The notes beneath the pieces were generated by a model. The model had not been told where the DNA came from. It was given only the letters and a program-made list of their open reading frames with translations, and searched no databases. The translations under genes and the position numbers were made by a program. DNA of 64,000 nucleotides from an uncultured Planctomycetota bacterium (GTDB lineage Bacteria > Planctomycetota > Phycisphaerae > Tepidisphaerales > Tepidisphaeraceae), in the NCBI GenBank assembly GCA_963841915.1, contig CAWJEN010000006.1, positions 1,408,001 through 1,472,000 of the forward strand. Reading direction: 5' to 3'. How positions within the stretch are numbered: position 1 is the stretch's first letter; every line of letters begins with the position of its first letter. This document shows, piece by piece, positions 8,989-18,823 of this stretch.

Positions 8989-10382
8989 CACAACCGTTTG
9001 TCCTGTCGACGCTGTTCGTGCTCGGGCTGTTGCTCGTCGGCTTCGTCCTGCGGGCGGGCATCAAGCCGCTTCGCCTGCTGTTCGTGCCGGCCAGCGTCGT
9101 CGGCGGGATCGTCGGGCTGGGCGTGATTCAGGCGGTGCTCCGAACGGACGCGGCAGGCATCGCGGCTGACATCAGCAATGTCATCGCCGATTGGCCGGGC
9201 CTGCTGATCGCAGTCGTCTTCGCCGGCCTGCTCATGGAGCGGCCGGGCAAGAAGTTCAGCGAGGCCATCGTCGCCGCCAGTCGGCAGGGCATTGTCGTCT
9301 GGATCATCGTCTTCGGCGAGGCCTTCGTCGGGCTGCTGGCGTGTGCGCTCTTCATCCTGCCGTACTACGACGTGCCGGCGAGCTTCGGACAGCTCATCGA
9401 AACCGGCTTCGCCGGCGGGCACGGCACGGCGGCGGCGATGGGCGAGGTCTACGACGCCCTCGACTTCGCCCAGGGGCGCGACCTGGCGTTCCTCTTCGCC
9501 ACGGTCGGCCTGCTCTACGGCGTGGTCAGCGGCATCTTCTTCGTCAACCTCGGCGTGCGACGCGGCTGGCTCCGCGGCGGGCCGCACACGCAAGCCGTCG
9601 ACACGCCTAGTGACATCACCATCCCCGTCGTCTCCGGCCTCGAGGCGCGTCACGACCCCAAGCCGTCTGCCTTTGCACGCGTTCGGGCGGAAGTCATCGA
9701 TCCGTTGGCGTTTCAGCTGTGCCTGCTGGCCGTCGCCTTCGCGGTGGGATTCGCGTTGCAGCAGCTTTTCCTGCTCGTCGCCGGTGCCGTTGCGCCCGAA
9801 GATGCCCTCAAGTTCGTCGGCAAAATCCCGCTCTTCCTCTTCACGCTCCTCGGCGGCTGGGTCACGCGCGAGGCCATGCACCTGCTCGGCGTCGGCGACC
9901 TCATCGACGGCCCGTCCATCCACCGGCTCGGCGGCATCGCGATGGAGATCCTCATCGTCGCCGCCCTCGCCACGCTTCGCCTCGAGGCGGCGGCGGACTT
10001 CCTCGTGCCCGTGCTCATCCTGCTCGGCGTCGGCTTCGCGTGGGTCGCCTTCTGCCTGCTCTGGGTCGGCCGAAAGCTCTTGCCGCGGCAGCACTGGTTC
10101 GAGTTGGGCCTGCTGAACTACGGCATGAGCACCGCCACGACCGCCCAAGGCGTGCTGCTGCTCCGCATCGTCGACCGCGATCTCGATACCGACGCCGCCA
10201 GCGACTACGCGGCAGCGGCACCGCTATCGGCACCGTTCATCGGTGGCGGCGTCATCACGGTCCTTGGCTTGCCGCTGGCGCTTGCGAGCTTCAATGTCTG
10301 GACGGTGCTCTCCGTCATGGCGGTCGTGCTCATTGCACTCTTCATCGCCGGCTGGTTACTGAGGGACCGGCAAAAAGTTTAG
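8985..10382 (+). CDS. Sodium/glutamate symporter (GltS/ESS family)
   Basis: LFVPASVVGG and GFAGGHGTAAAM; many TM helices; ATGA overlap with the upstream stop. Confidence 0.85.
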   Translation: MTQPFVLSTLFVLGLLLVGFVLRAGIKPLRLLFVPASVVGGIVGLGVIQAVLRTDAAGIAADISNVIADWPGLLIAVVFAGLLMERPGKKFSEAIVAASRQGIVVWIIVFGEAFVGLLACALFILPYYDVPASFGQLIETGFAGGHGTAAAMGEVYDALDFAQGRDLAFLFATVGLLYGVVSGIFFVNLGVRRGWLRGGPHTQAVDTPSDITIPVVSGLEARHDPKPSAFARVRAEVIDPLAFQLCLLAVAFAVGFALQQLFLLVAGAVAPEDALKFVGKIPLFLFTLLGGWVTREAMHLLGVGDLIDGPSIHRLGGIAMEILIVAALATLRLEAAADFLVPVLILLGVGFAWVAFCLLWVGRKLLPRQHWFELGLLNYGMSTATTAQGVLLLRIVDRDLDTDAASDYAAAAPLSAPFIGGGVITVLGLPLALASFNVWTVLSVMAVVLIALFIAGWLLRDRQKV

Positions 10383-10423
10383 AACTGCTGGACAGGGTTG
10401 ACGTTGAATGCGACCTCTTGTTC

Positions 10424-10753
10424 ATGTCCCACGCCAGCACAAGTCAAGAGGCCGAACGCCGCCGCAGGCCGCGGGAGGCGTTCGTCGTCGATGCCCGCCT
10501 TGCCTGTCCCACGCCGAGGCCGCGTCCCAGAGATTTGCCCCCTGAGGCCGAATTCTGTCCCCACGAGTCGTGCCGTGCCACAATCGTCAATCGCAGCCGC
10601 GACGGCGTGCGGCTCGTGACCAACAAGGCTCTGCCCGTCGGTGCCTATCAGAAGGTTCAGGTCGAGGATGATCCCCGCGAACGCGAAGCCAAGGTGATTC
10701 GTTGCGTTGCCGTCGGCGACGGCACGTTCGACGTCGGTGCGGTGCTCTGCTGA
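10424..10753 (+). CDS. Stand-alone PilZ domain protein
   Basis: ERRRRPR (RxxxR) and NRSRDG (D/NxSxxG) motifs; ends in VIRC...FDVG. Confidence 0.7.
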   Translation: MSHASTSQEAERRRRPREAFVVDARLACPTPRPRPRDLPPEAEFCPHESCRATIVNRSRDGVRLVTNKALPVGAYQKVQVEDDPREREAKVIRCVAVGDGTFDVGAVLC

Positions 10754-10840
10754 AGCCAAAGCAGCTCCAGGTCAACGACAGCTCGTCGGCCCCTGATCCG
10801 GACGCATCATTTAGCGTTCGGCTGCTCTAACGTCGGCCCC

Positions 10841-12145
10841 ATGTCCGACGCGGCGACCTCATCTCCTGTCCTGATCATTGGTGCGGGCCTGGCCGGCCTG
10901 TGCTGTGCCAAACACCTTGGCGATGCAGGGCGGCCGACGATCCTGATCGACGCCGCCGACGCGCCCGGCGGGCGCGTTCGCACCGATCGGCACGCTGACG
11001 GCTTCCTGCTCGACCGCGGATTTCAGGTCTTCCTCGACAGCTACCCCGAGGCGGCCGACGTGCTCGACCTCGAGGCGCTGAATCTCAAGCCGTTCGAGCC
11101 GGGGTCGTACACGCGGCTGGGCAACATCGACCGCTGGCTACCGCTGAGCGATCCGTACCGCCGTCCGTCGCGAGCGCTGGCGACGGCACTTTCACCGGCG
11201 GCAACGCTGAAGGACAAGTGGCTGATCAGCAAGCTCCGCCGCGACGTGCGGCGGGGCGATCTCGAGCGACTGCTGGTCGACAGCGAGCCCCGCTCGACCC
11301 TCGATTATCTGCGGGCGTTCGGCTTCAGCGACCGGATCATCGAAACCTTTTTCCGCCCGTTCTTCGGGGGCGTCTTCCTCGATCGATCGCTGTCAACCAG
11401 CGCCAGGCTGTTCCGCTGGTTGTTCCGGCTGTTCGCCGACGGCAACGCGTGCGTCCCGGCGGCCGGCATGGAAGCCATTCCACGGCAACTGGCCGCCCGG
11501 CTCAAGCACTGCGAGATGCGAATGAACACGCGGGTCGCCTCGATCGGTGATGACTCTGTCACGCTTGAAAGCGGCGAAGTGCTCACCGGCTGTGCGGTCG
11601 TCGTGGCGACGAATGCGACCGTCGCACGGACACTGCTCGGCGACCGCCTGCAGGGGCCGACGGTGACGATGCGGCGGACGGCGACGCTCTATTTCGCGGC
11701 CGACAAGCCGGTGGTGCCGGACAACCTGTTGCTGCTGAGTGGCGCGACGGACAAAGCCGCCTCGCCGGTCAACACGATCGCCCAGCTGTCGGTCGCCGCC
11801 CCGTCGTACGCGCCGGCCGATCAGCAGCTACTGAGCGTGAGCGTGGTCGATGTGCCCAAGGCCGACGACGCGGAGCTGATCGAGATGGTCCGCCACGGGA
11901 TGGCCCACCTGGTCGGCGGCGACTACGCGGCAGCGTTGAGGCATCTGCGGACGTACCACATCGAAGAGGCTTTGCCGAGCCAACCACCGCCGACGTTGGC
12001 CCAGCCGCACAAGCCGGCGAAGATCGGCGATCGGTTGTTCGTCTGCGGCGATTACCGGGATACGGCGAGCATCAACGGCGCCATGCTGAGCGGTCGCCGC
12101 GCCGCCGAAGCCGTCGCGGCCACGGTGCAGGTCGACGATCAGTGA
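10841..12145 (+). CDS. FAD-dependent oxidoreductase (amine oxidase/phytoene dehydrogenase-like)
   Basis: IIGAGLAGL, GGRVRTD, LDRGFQV and CGDY...SINGAMLSGRRAA. Confidence 0.85.
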   Translation: MSDAATSSPVLIIGAGLAGLCCAKHLGDAGRPTILIDAADAPGGRVRTDRHADGFLLDRGFQVFLDSYPEAADVLDLEALNLKPFEPGSYTRLGNIDRWLPLSDPYRRPSRALATALSPAATLKDKWLISKLRRDVRRGDLERLLVDSEPRSTLDYLRAFGFSDRIIETFFRPFFGGVFLDRSLSTSARLFRWLFRLFADGNACVPAAGMEAIPRQLAARLKHCEMRMNTRVASIGDDSVTLESGEVLTGCAVVVATNATVARTLLGDRLQGPTVTMRRTATLYFAADKPVVPDNLLLLSGATDKAASPVNTIAQLSVAAPSYAPADQQLLSVSVVDVPKADDAELIEMVRHGMAHLVGGDYAAALRHLRTYHIEEALPSQPPPTLAQPHKPAKIGDRLFVCGDYRDTASINGAMLSGRRAAEAVAATVQVDDQ

Positions 12146-12155
12146 ACCGGTGCCG

Positions 12156-13379
12156 TCACGCGGGCGGAGTCACTTCAGCGGCATTGTGTGGCGCAGGGAC
12201 CTGTCGCATCACCAGCGTCCCTGCAACGACCACAACGACGCCCAGCAGTGCCCACGCCATGTTCCCGCCGAAGAAACCGACGGCAATCGGCCCCAGGGCG
12301 AGCAGGGCGACCACCACGCGTGACCTGGCCGTCGGCACGAGCAGGTAGACCGGGAACAACAGCCCGTAGAACGCCAGCAGCGAGCGATAGATGATTTCGC
12401 CGTAGCTGTAGCCGAGCAGTTCCAGCCGGAACAGCGAGGCGAGCGTCTCCGTCCCGTCGGCGACCACGATCGGCACCTTCACCGCCAGGCTCCAGCCCAG
12501 CAGGGCACAGGCGAGCGACGTGGCAACCCACGAAGTGCCGGGCTGCAGGCCCGGCCGCTCGGTCGCGTCGGCCAGCTTCGACAAGGCGTCGAGGTGGGCG
12601 ATGTTCGTGAAAGCGACCTGCAACGCCAGATGAACGGTTACGGCAATGGCGGCGACGCCTGCGGTGCTGCGGAGCGTGAACTCGGCGATCAGGAGGCCCG
12701 GCAGGACGGTGGCGTAGCCGAGCGTGAGCAGGATCATCGTCAGGAACATCACGCCGAACCCGACGCCGAACACGAGCTTGCCGCGGTCGCCGCTCATCTG
12801 GCGGGTCGACTGGAGCGAGACGTCGAGCAGCGGGCACGTCAGAAAGCCCAGGCCGCACACGGCGGCAAGGCCCAGGAGCGGCCAGAGTTCAGCCATGCGC
12901 AATGAGCCGACAGCTGGTAGGCCCAAGGCATCGACCGACCACATCACGCTGCCCGCCAGCAGCGACGCGAGCCAGATCCACGGGGCTAGGCGGTAAAGCG
13001 AAGGCCCGACCCGGCGGGCGACGAGCGGCAACAGCGAGACGGCCAGGCCCAGCGGCAGGCCGACACTGCCGCCGACGAGTCGTGTCGTCAGCCAGGTCAG
13101 CGTGAAGGTCTGCAGGACGATCGTGACGGCCGAGAAGACGCCGACGGCGGTGGCATGGCGGACGGTGAAGGCCGCCGACGCCCGGGCCGACGTCATGACC
13201 CACCCGACGGCGGCGGCGCCGATGACGTTGGGCACGGCAAAGGCGACCCACCCGAGCAGCCCGAAGTCGCGGACGAGCAGGACCGGCAGGAACATGCCGA
13301 TGACCCACGTCCAACTGACGGCCACGTGGCACGCAAGCAGAAAGCACGTCGAGAGTGGCAACCGCGTCGTTTCGGGCAT
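12156..13379 (-). CDS. Multi-pass membrane protein of unknown function
   Basis: 407-aa ORF with about ten or more hydrophobic segments; SWTWVIGMFLP...AVPNVIGAA. Confidence 0.65.
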   Translation of the reverse strand: MPETTRLPLSTCFLLACHVAVSWTWVIGMFLPVLLVRDFGLLGWVAFAVPNVIGAAAVGWVMTSARASAAFTVRHATAVGVFSAVTIVLQTFTLTWLTTRLVGGSVGLPLGLAVSLLPLVARRVGPSLYRLAPWIWLASLLAGSVMWSVDALGLPAVGSLRMAELWPLLGLAAVCGLGFLTCPLLDVSLQSTRQMSGDRGKLVFGVGFGVMFLTMILLTLGYATVLPGLLIAEFTLRSTAGVAAIAVTVHLALQVAFTNIAHLDALSKLADATERPGLQPGTSWVATSLACALLGWSLAVKVPIVVADGTETLASLFRLELLGYSYGEIIYRSLLAFYGLLFPVYLLVPTARSRVVVALLALGPIAVGFFGGNMAWALLGVVVVVAGTLVMRQVPAPHNAAEVTPPA

Positions 13380-13585
13380 GCGTGGGCGACGGTAGTCGCA
13401 AATCCGTTGTCACAAGTGCCCGGCCGCGCTGCGCCGCCGCGGCCGCCATGGCGCACGGTTCAAAAGGCGCAAGACGACCGCAAAGCAACGCGAACTGCTG
13501 CAGTTTTCAGGTCGAATCACGTTGTACGTACGCGAAAAATGCGTCACGGCCGACGACCCGCGGACGCACTGGCAGGTCCCGAAAG

Positions 13586-13601
13586 TGTTCCACGTGGAAC
13601 C
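13586..13601. promoter_or_regulatory. parS-like site
   Basis: TGTTCCACGTGGAACC, intergenic. Confidence 0.8.
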
Positions 13602-13659
13602 ATCGTCGACTCGGCCGTGCCCGCGAACCCTCGCCACGCAACGGCATCGAGGTCGGCAA

Positions 13660-13675
13660 TGTTCCACGTGGAACA
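13660..13675. promoter_or_regulatory. parS site
   Basis: Perfect palindrome TGTTCCACGTGGAACA, intergenic. Confidence 0.88.
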
Positions 13676-13727
13676 TTCTGACCGTTTCGCCCCCGCCCCG
13701 GCCCGATCGGCCGCCGCGGCGCAGCGC

Positions 13728-14336
13728 TTAATCGCTCGCCTCGCCGAAGGAACGTCGAAGCATGATCGCCTTTCGGAGTCGTTCGAGGTACAGCGGGGCG
13801 GGCAGCTCTTCGCAGCCGAAGGTCGAGAGGTGATTGGTGCGTGCCTGGGCGTCGAGGAGGACGAACTTTTGCGCTCTGAGCCGGTCGACGAGGCTCACAA
13901 GAGCGACTTTGCTGGCGTCGGTACGGCGATGGAACATGCTTTCGCCGAAAAACGCGCCGCCCAGGCTCACGCCGTACAAGCCACCCACGAGGCTGCCGTC
14001 GTCGACGGCGTAGGCCTCGACGCTGTGGGCAAAGCCTTCGTGATGCAGTCGGACGTAAGCGGCGACGAGTTCTTCACTGATCCACGTCCCGTCGTCGCGG
14101 CCGGTCATGCAGGCCCGCATGGTTTCTTCGAACTGCGTGTCGAACCGGACCTCGAACAATCGCTTTTTTAAGGTTTGCCTGAGCGATCTGCGGATGTGGA
14201 ACCGTTCGTCGAGCGGAATCACCCCCCGCGGGTCGGCTGTGTACCAACGGGTCTGACCGTCCGTGTCGGTCATGGGGAATGCGCCCTGCGCGTAAGCGCT
14301 GAGCATCACTTCGGGATCGAGCGACGCAGTCCTCAT
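13728..14336 (-). CDS. aat: Leucyl/phenylalanyl-tRNA--protein transferase
   Basis: AYAQGAFPM, DPRG, TWIS, AHSVE and LVGGLYGVSLGGAFFGESMF..DASK. Confidence 0.95.
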   Translation of the reverse strand: MRTASLDPEVMLSAYAQGAFPMTDTDGQTRWYTADPRGVIPLDERFHIRRSLRQTLKKRLFEVRFDTQFEETMRACMTGRDDGTWISEELVAAYVRLHHEGFAHSVEAYAVDDGSLVGGLYGVSLGGAFFGESMFHRRTDASKVALVSLVDRLRAQKFVLLDAQARTNHLSTFGCEELPAPLYLERLRKAIMLRRSFGEASD

Positions 14337-14369
14337 CCGTCGCCGAGTCTAGCGGAGGAAAAGTGACCT

Positions 14370-14385
14370 TGTTCTACGTGGAACT
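14370..14385. promoter_or_regulatory. Degenerate parS-like site
   Basis: TGTTCTACGTGGAACT (14/16 match to the perfect site) in a 55-bp intergenic gap. Confidence 0.55.
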
Positions 14386-14391
14386 CGGTTC

Positions 14392-15378
14392 TCACGAGTC
14401 CGGCAGCGAGCGTTTGAGAAAGTCGATGGCGTTACCGCCGAGGATGCCGCTGATCTCGGCGTCGTTGAAGCCGGCGGTCGAAAGGGCGTCGCCGAGCCTG
14501 GGCCAGTCGGCGGCGGATCGGAGTTCTGCGGGCAGGTGTTCGTGGCCGAACCCGCCATCGGCATCGCTGCCGAGGGCAACGCGGTGCGGGTTCCCGATCA
14601 CCTCGCAGGCGTGGCGGACGTGCTTGGTCCAGTCGTCGAGCGTGGCTTGCCGCTTGCCGAGCTCGCTGGGCGGCAGGAGGAACTTGTCGTAGAGGTTGAT
14701 CCCGATGATCCCGCCGTGCAGGGCGATGCGCTTGATCAGCTGATCCGGCAGGTGTCTGCCGCTCGGGTCGTCGCCCACGATTGCTCGGCAATTCGAATGG
14801 CTGGCGAACAGCGGGCAGTCGGTCAGTTCGGCGAGTTCGAAGACCGCGTCGTCGGCCAGGTGCGACACGTCGTGGATGAAGCCGGCTTCGTCAAGGTGCG
14901 GCACAAGCTTGCGACCGTCGTCGGTAAGTGGGCCGGGCTCAAAGGTGCCGCCGGTCCATCGGGTGCGTCGCCAGGCGAGTCCGACGATGCGAACGCCGCG
15001 ATCGAACCAGGCCTGTGGTGAGTTGGCATCGTCCTCACCGGGCAAGGCAATGGCGTCGGCCCCTTCCATCAGTACGACGATCTTGAGCCCTTTTTCCGTA
15101 AGATCAGCCGTGGTCTTGACCAGCGTCGCCGACCGCTCGACTTCGTATACGACAAGCTGCTCGGCACACATGGCCGCGGCAGTGGCGTGGTCGGCGTAAC
15201 CGTCGCGGTCGGAGCCTTCGAGCTTGGGCAAGGCGAAGAGCGTGCCACCGATCAGCTCGACACCGCCCGCCCCGAGGCGACTCCATGAGACGGCATGCTC
15301 GGTGTCAGCGACGTCCGCGTGTAAATCCCGCCCGCGGACCGCGTGCCAGGCCAGATCAAGGTGCAGGTCGACGATCAT
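14392..15378 (-). CDS. Membrane dipeptidase (peptidase M19)
   Basis: DLHLD, MEGAD, DVSHL, ASHSN, GSDADG and ILGGN motifs. Confidence 0.88.
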   Translation of the reverse strand: MIVDLHLDLAWHAVRGRDLHADVADTEHAVSWSRLGAGGVELIGGTLFALPKLEGSDRDGYADHATAAAMCAEQLVVYEVERSATLVKTTADLTEKGLKIVVLMEGADAIALPGEDDANSPQAWFDRGVRIVGLAWRRTRWTGGTFEPGPLTDDGRKLVPHLDEAGFIHDVSHLADDAVFELAELTDCPLFASHSNCRAIVGDDPSGRHLPDQLIKRIALHGGIIGINLYDKFLLPPSELGKRQATLDDWTKHVRHACEVIGNPHRVALGSDADGGFGHEHLPAELRSAADWPRLGDALSTAGFNDAEISGILGGNAIDFLKRSLPDS

Positions 15379-15386
15379 GCCGCACG

Positions 15387-16620
15387 TTAAAGCGCGTGGC
15401 CCATCTTTTCGCGTTTCGTCTTGAGGTACGACGCGTTGTGCGTGCCCGGCTCGACGACGACGGGCAGCTGCTCGACGACCTCCAGGCCGTGCCCCTCGAT
15501 GCCGTAGATCTTTTTGGGGTTGTTCGTGAGCACGCGCAGGCGACGCAGGCCGAGGTCCTTGAGCACCTGCACACCGATGCCGTACTCGCGGCGATCTGAC
15601 GGGAAGCCAAGCTTGAGGTTGGCCTCGACGGTGTCGAGCCCGCCGTCCTGCAGGCGGTAGGCGTGGAGCTTGTTGGTCAGCCCGATGCCGCGTCCTTCCT
15701 GACGGAGATAGAGCAGCACGCCACGACCCTCGGCCTCGATGCGACGCATGGCCAGATCGAGCTGATCGCCGCAGTCGCAGCGACCGCTGCCAAAGACGTC
15801 ACCCGTCAAACACTCGCTGTGGACGCGGACGAGCGTCGGCTCCTCGACCGGCACCGGCGCTGCCGTCGGGCTTGCGCTGGCCGATGTCGTCGCCCTTGAC
15901 GAGCGCCAGGTGCGGGTGCTGATCGACGGCCGACTCGTAGGCGTGGAGCTTGAAGTCGCCCCAGCGTGTGGGCAGATCGACCGTTTCAAGCCGTTTAACA
16001 AGGGTTTCCCGCTGGGTGCGATAACGGATGAGCTCGGCGACCGTGCACATCTTCAGGCCGTGTTTGGCGGCAAAGGCTTCGAGGTCGGGTCGCCGCGCCA
16101 TCTCGCCGTCGTCGCGCATGACCTCGATACCGACGCCCACCGGGTGAAGGCCTGCCAGGCGGCACAGGTCGGTCATGCCCTCGGTGTGGCCCGCTCGGAC
16201 GAGCGTGCCACCGTCACGGGCGCGGATCGGCTGGACGTGACCGGGCCGATCAAAGTCGTCGGCATGGGCGGCGGGGTCGGCCAGGCGACGCACGGTGGCC
16301 GCCCGCTCGCTCGTGCTGACGCCGGTCGTGATGCCGAAGTCAGCAGTCGCGTCGACGCTGACGGTGTAGGCCGTTCCACGCTGGGCGGTGTTGACGCCTG
16401 CCTGCGGGCTGAGCTTGAGCCGATCGGCCGTCTTGGCGTCGACGGCAACGAACAACATGCCGCGGCCTTCACGCAACATGAAGTTGATCATCGTCGGCGT
16501 CACGAACTCACCGGCGGCGATGACGTCGCCCTCGTTCTCGCGGTCCTCATCGTCGACCAGCACGATCATCTTGCCCTGACGCAAGTCCTCCAGACAGTCG
16601 GCAATCGAGTCGAACGGCAT
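15387..16620 (-). CDS. ribBA: Bifunctional DHBP synthase / GTP cyclohydrolase II with a frameshift at ~15860
   Basis: [10 protein letters not shown] and RAGHTEG lie in one frame; [23 protein letters not shown] and TNNPKK lie in another. Confidence 0.9.
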
Positions 16621-16700
16621 GGGGCATGGTAGCGGGACCTCCGCGTGCACCTTTCGCGAGTGCGAGCACGGCCGCCTGATGACCCTGACAACAGGTTGCA

Positions 16701-17327
16701 TCAGATGGGAACGCGGTACCGGCATTTGCGGATTTCACCCGTGGTATGAAGCGGGTGATTCCGCGGAACGTCGACTATCTCCATCAGCTCACCACCAAGC
16801 CGCTCGATCGTTCGGCGGCTGGGCTTGTTGTCGGGGTCGCAGGTGATCGACAGCTCCGTCAGACCGTGATGTCGCGCCAGCGGATAAAGCAAACGCGTCG
16901 CCCGCTCGGCCAAGCGCTGGCCACGGCAGGGCGGGAAGACGCCATAACCGACGTGGCCGACATAGCGGGCCATCGCCGGCCCGCCACCAATGCGAAGGTT
17001 GATCGAGCCGCCGAACCCGACGAACCCATTGGCCGGGTCGTTGACGTGCATCCAGAAGCGGTAGGCGTGCAGCCGCTTTCGCTCGTGGTCGAGCAGGTGC
17101 TCGTGTCCGCGAGGTGTCCGCAAGATCTCTGCCCTGAAGCGAGTCGCGTTGAATTGGCACACCGCGTCGCCCCGGCAGTCCGCTCTGGAGCAGGCCAGTA
17201 GGAACGCATCGACACCGGCCGGACTCGGCTCGGTCAGCGTTAGAATGCCGTCATGCGTGGGGCCGAGATCGTCCAGATCAGCGAAGCAGAAGGGTGTTGT
17301 GCGTCGCCAAAGTCGAGAAAGCAGCAC
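16701..17327 (-). CDS. GNAT family N-acetyltransferase (start uncertain)
   Basis: GSINLR, GHVGYGVFPPCRGQRLA and ITCDPDNKPSRRTIERLGG. Confidence 0.8.
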   Translation of the reverse strand: MLLSRLWRRTTPFCFADLDDLGPTHDGILTLTEPSPAGVDAFLLACSRADCRGDAVCQFNATRFRAEILRTPRGHEHLLDHERKRLHAYRFWMHVNDPANGFVGFGGSINLRIGGGPAMARYVGHVGYGVFPPCRGQRLAERATRLLYPLARHHGLTELSITCDPDNKPSRRTIERLGGELMEIVDVPRNHPLHTTGEIRKCRYRVPI

Positions 17328-17418
17328 GGCAAGCGACGGTAGGAACCTTTGAAGATCCCGAACGCGACGCAGCCCGCAGGGTGTGCCTGCGGGCTGCGTC
17401 GACTGTGACCTGGGTTGC

Positions 17419-17586
17419 TCAGAAGAACAAGAACAACGGCGTGCCGTCGGCACCGACGATGTTCTGCCACTTCAGCCAAAGGAAGGCCAGAGCAACGATG
17501 GCGGCGACACAGGCAACGCCTGTCAAGGCCGTGTAGATGTTGTTCGTCGGGCGGATGACGACCGTTTCGGTACGTGTGCGGGTCAT
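17419..17586 (-). CDS. 55-aa single-TM small protein (below the ORF-track cutoff)
   Basis: Hand translation MTRTRTETVVIRPTNNIYTALTGVACVAAIVALAFLWLKWQNIVGADGTPLFLFF*; fills the gap between co-oriented genes. Confidence 0.65.
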   Translation of the reverse strand: MTRTRTETVVIRPTNNIYTALTGVACVAAIVALAFLWLKWQNIVGADGTPLFLFF

Positions 17587-17621
17587 GGCAAGGCTCGTTG
17601 AGGCAGACGAAGGAAAGACGA

Positions 17622-18482
17622 TCAGTTCGACGCGGTGCGGACACGGTCGCTGCGGGCGATTTCGCCGACGCGGTCGCCGCGAAGGCTGCCGAAGGCGGTC
17701 TTGTTGTCGACCTCTTCGACCGTCATGAGGCCCAGCAGGGCACCGGTGCGGTCGTCGAAGACGGCCAATTCCATGCCGGTGCGGACATCATCTTCGCTGC
17801 CGATGCTGATCTGGGCGTAAGGGCCGTTTTCGAGCTCCGTGCGACCGGTGATGATGCCGTTGACGTCTTTGGCACCGAGATTCGCAGGAATGGCGTCGGA
17901 GTTCATGCCGAGCGAGCCAAGGGCACTCTTCATGCGGCCGTTCATCGCAGTGAGTTCGGCGATCTTTTCCTGCTCGGCCCGGAGGGCGCGGCGGGTGAAG
18001 GTCAACTCGTTCTGCACCTGATTGAGCTGGGCCTGCGTGGCACCGTACTGCTCAGTGATCTGGCTGGTCTCGCCGCGAAGACTGGCCAGCTGCTGCTGCA
18101 GGGCATCGTACTGTTGGGTCGTGACGGTGACGGCCTGGGCGGTCGCGCTGACGGTGGCCTGCTCGAGGGCGAGCTGGCTTTGCAGGCGGGCGGCTTCGGC
18201 GCGGGTTTCGTCGAGCTGGGCACGCAAGGAGCCGACATCGGTCTGAGCCGAGTTGAGCCGGTTGACGAGTTCGTCGACCTCGCGTCGGGCGTTGCTGACG
18301 CGGGTGTCTGCCGCGGTGGTGCTGCGGGCGGCAGTCGCATTAGCGATGGCGATGGCTTCCTTGGACGTCTCGAGATCCGCCTGGAGGCCTGGAATGGTGT
18401 TCAGGAACGTCACCGCCGCCGCCGACAACAGCAGCGAGAGTACGACGAGCACAACGACGAAGACTCGGGTCAACACGCTCAC
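17622..18482 (-). CDS. Membrane-anchored coiled-coil protein with C-terminal beta domain
   Basis: N-terminal TM, long heptad region and C-terminal QISIGSEDDVRTGM; GAGG RBS. Confidence 0.7.
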   Translation of the reverse strand: MSVLTRVFVVVLVVLSLLLSAAAVTFLNTIPGLQADLETSKEAIAIANATAARSTTAADTRVSNARREVDELVNRLNSAQTDVGSLRAQLDETRAEAARLQSQLALEQATVSATAQAVTVTTQQYDALQQQLASLRGETSQITEQYGATQAQLNQVQNELTFTRRALRAEQEKIAELTAMNGRMKSALGSLGMNSDAIPANLGAKDVNGIITGRTELENGPYAQISIGSEDDVRTGMELAVFDDRTGALLGLMTVEEVDNKTAFGSLRGDRVGEIARSDRVRTASN

Positions 18483-18823
18483 GGAAGCAGCCTCCTCAGA
18501 GGAACGGGCCCGATGGCAGGAAGCCGAAGGACCTTTGGGGTTCAGTGCCAGACTGTGCGGCCGAAGCCGGCACGGTGGCGGGGCGGGGTCACGTTCATCG
18601 GCATCGGCCGAGACGTGCGGTCTGTCATGCTAATGGCCGCCGCACCCGTGTCAACGCGTGGGGGTGACCAGAACCGACAAAGTTTGTTCTCGGACCCTCC
18701 AGGTGATGATCAAGTGGCCACGAGAGTCGCCGCCCAGGCGCTGCATGTGGTCGGCATGGCATGCTCGACAACGACCCAGAGCCGCGGTCCGTAGGACTGC
18801 AACTCTGGGTTGCACGTCCTTCT

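Noticed and set aside
13380..13727. Replication origin
   Set aside because: No DnaA-box cluster or AT-rich unwinding element is visible.
15387..16620. Programmed ribosomal frameshifting in ribBA, tsaB or putA
   Set aside because: No slippery heptamer at the shift sites; assembly indels are the simpler explanation.
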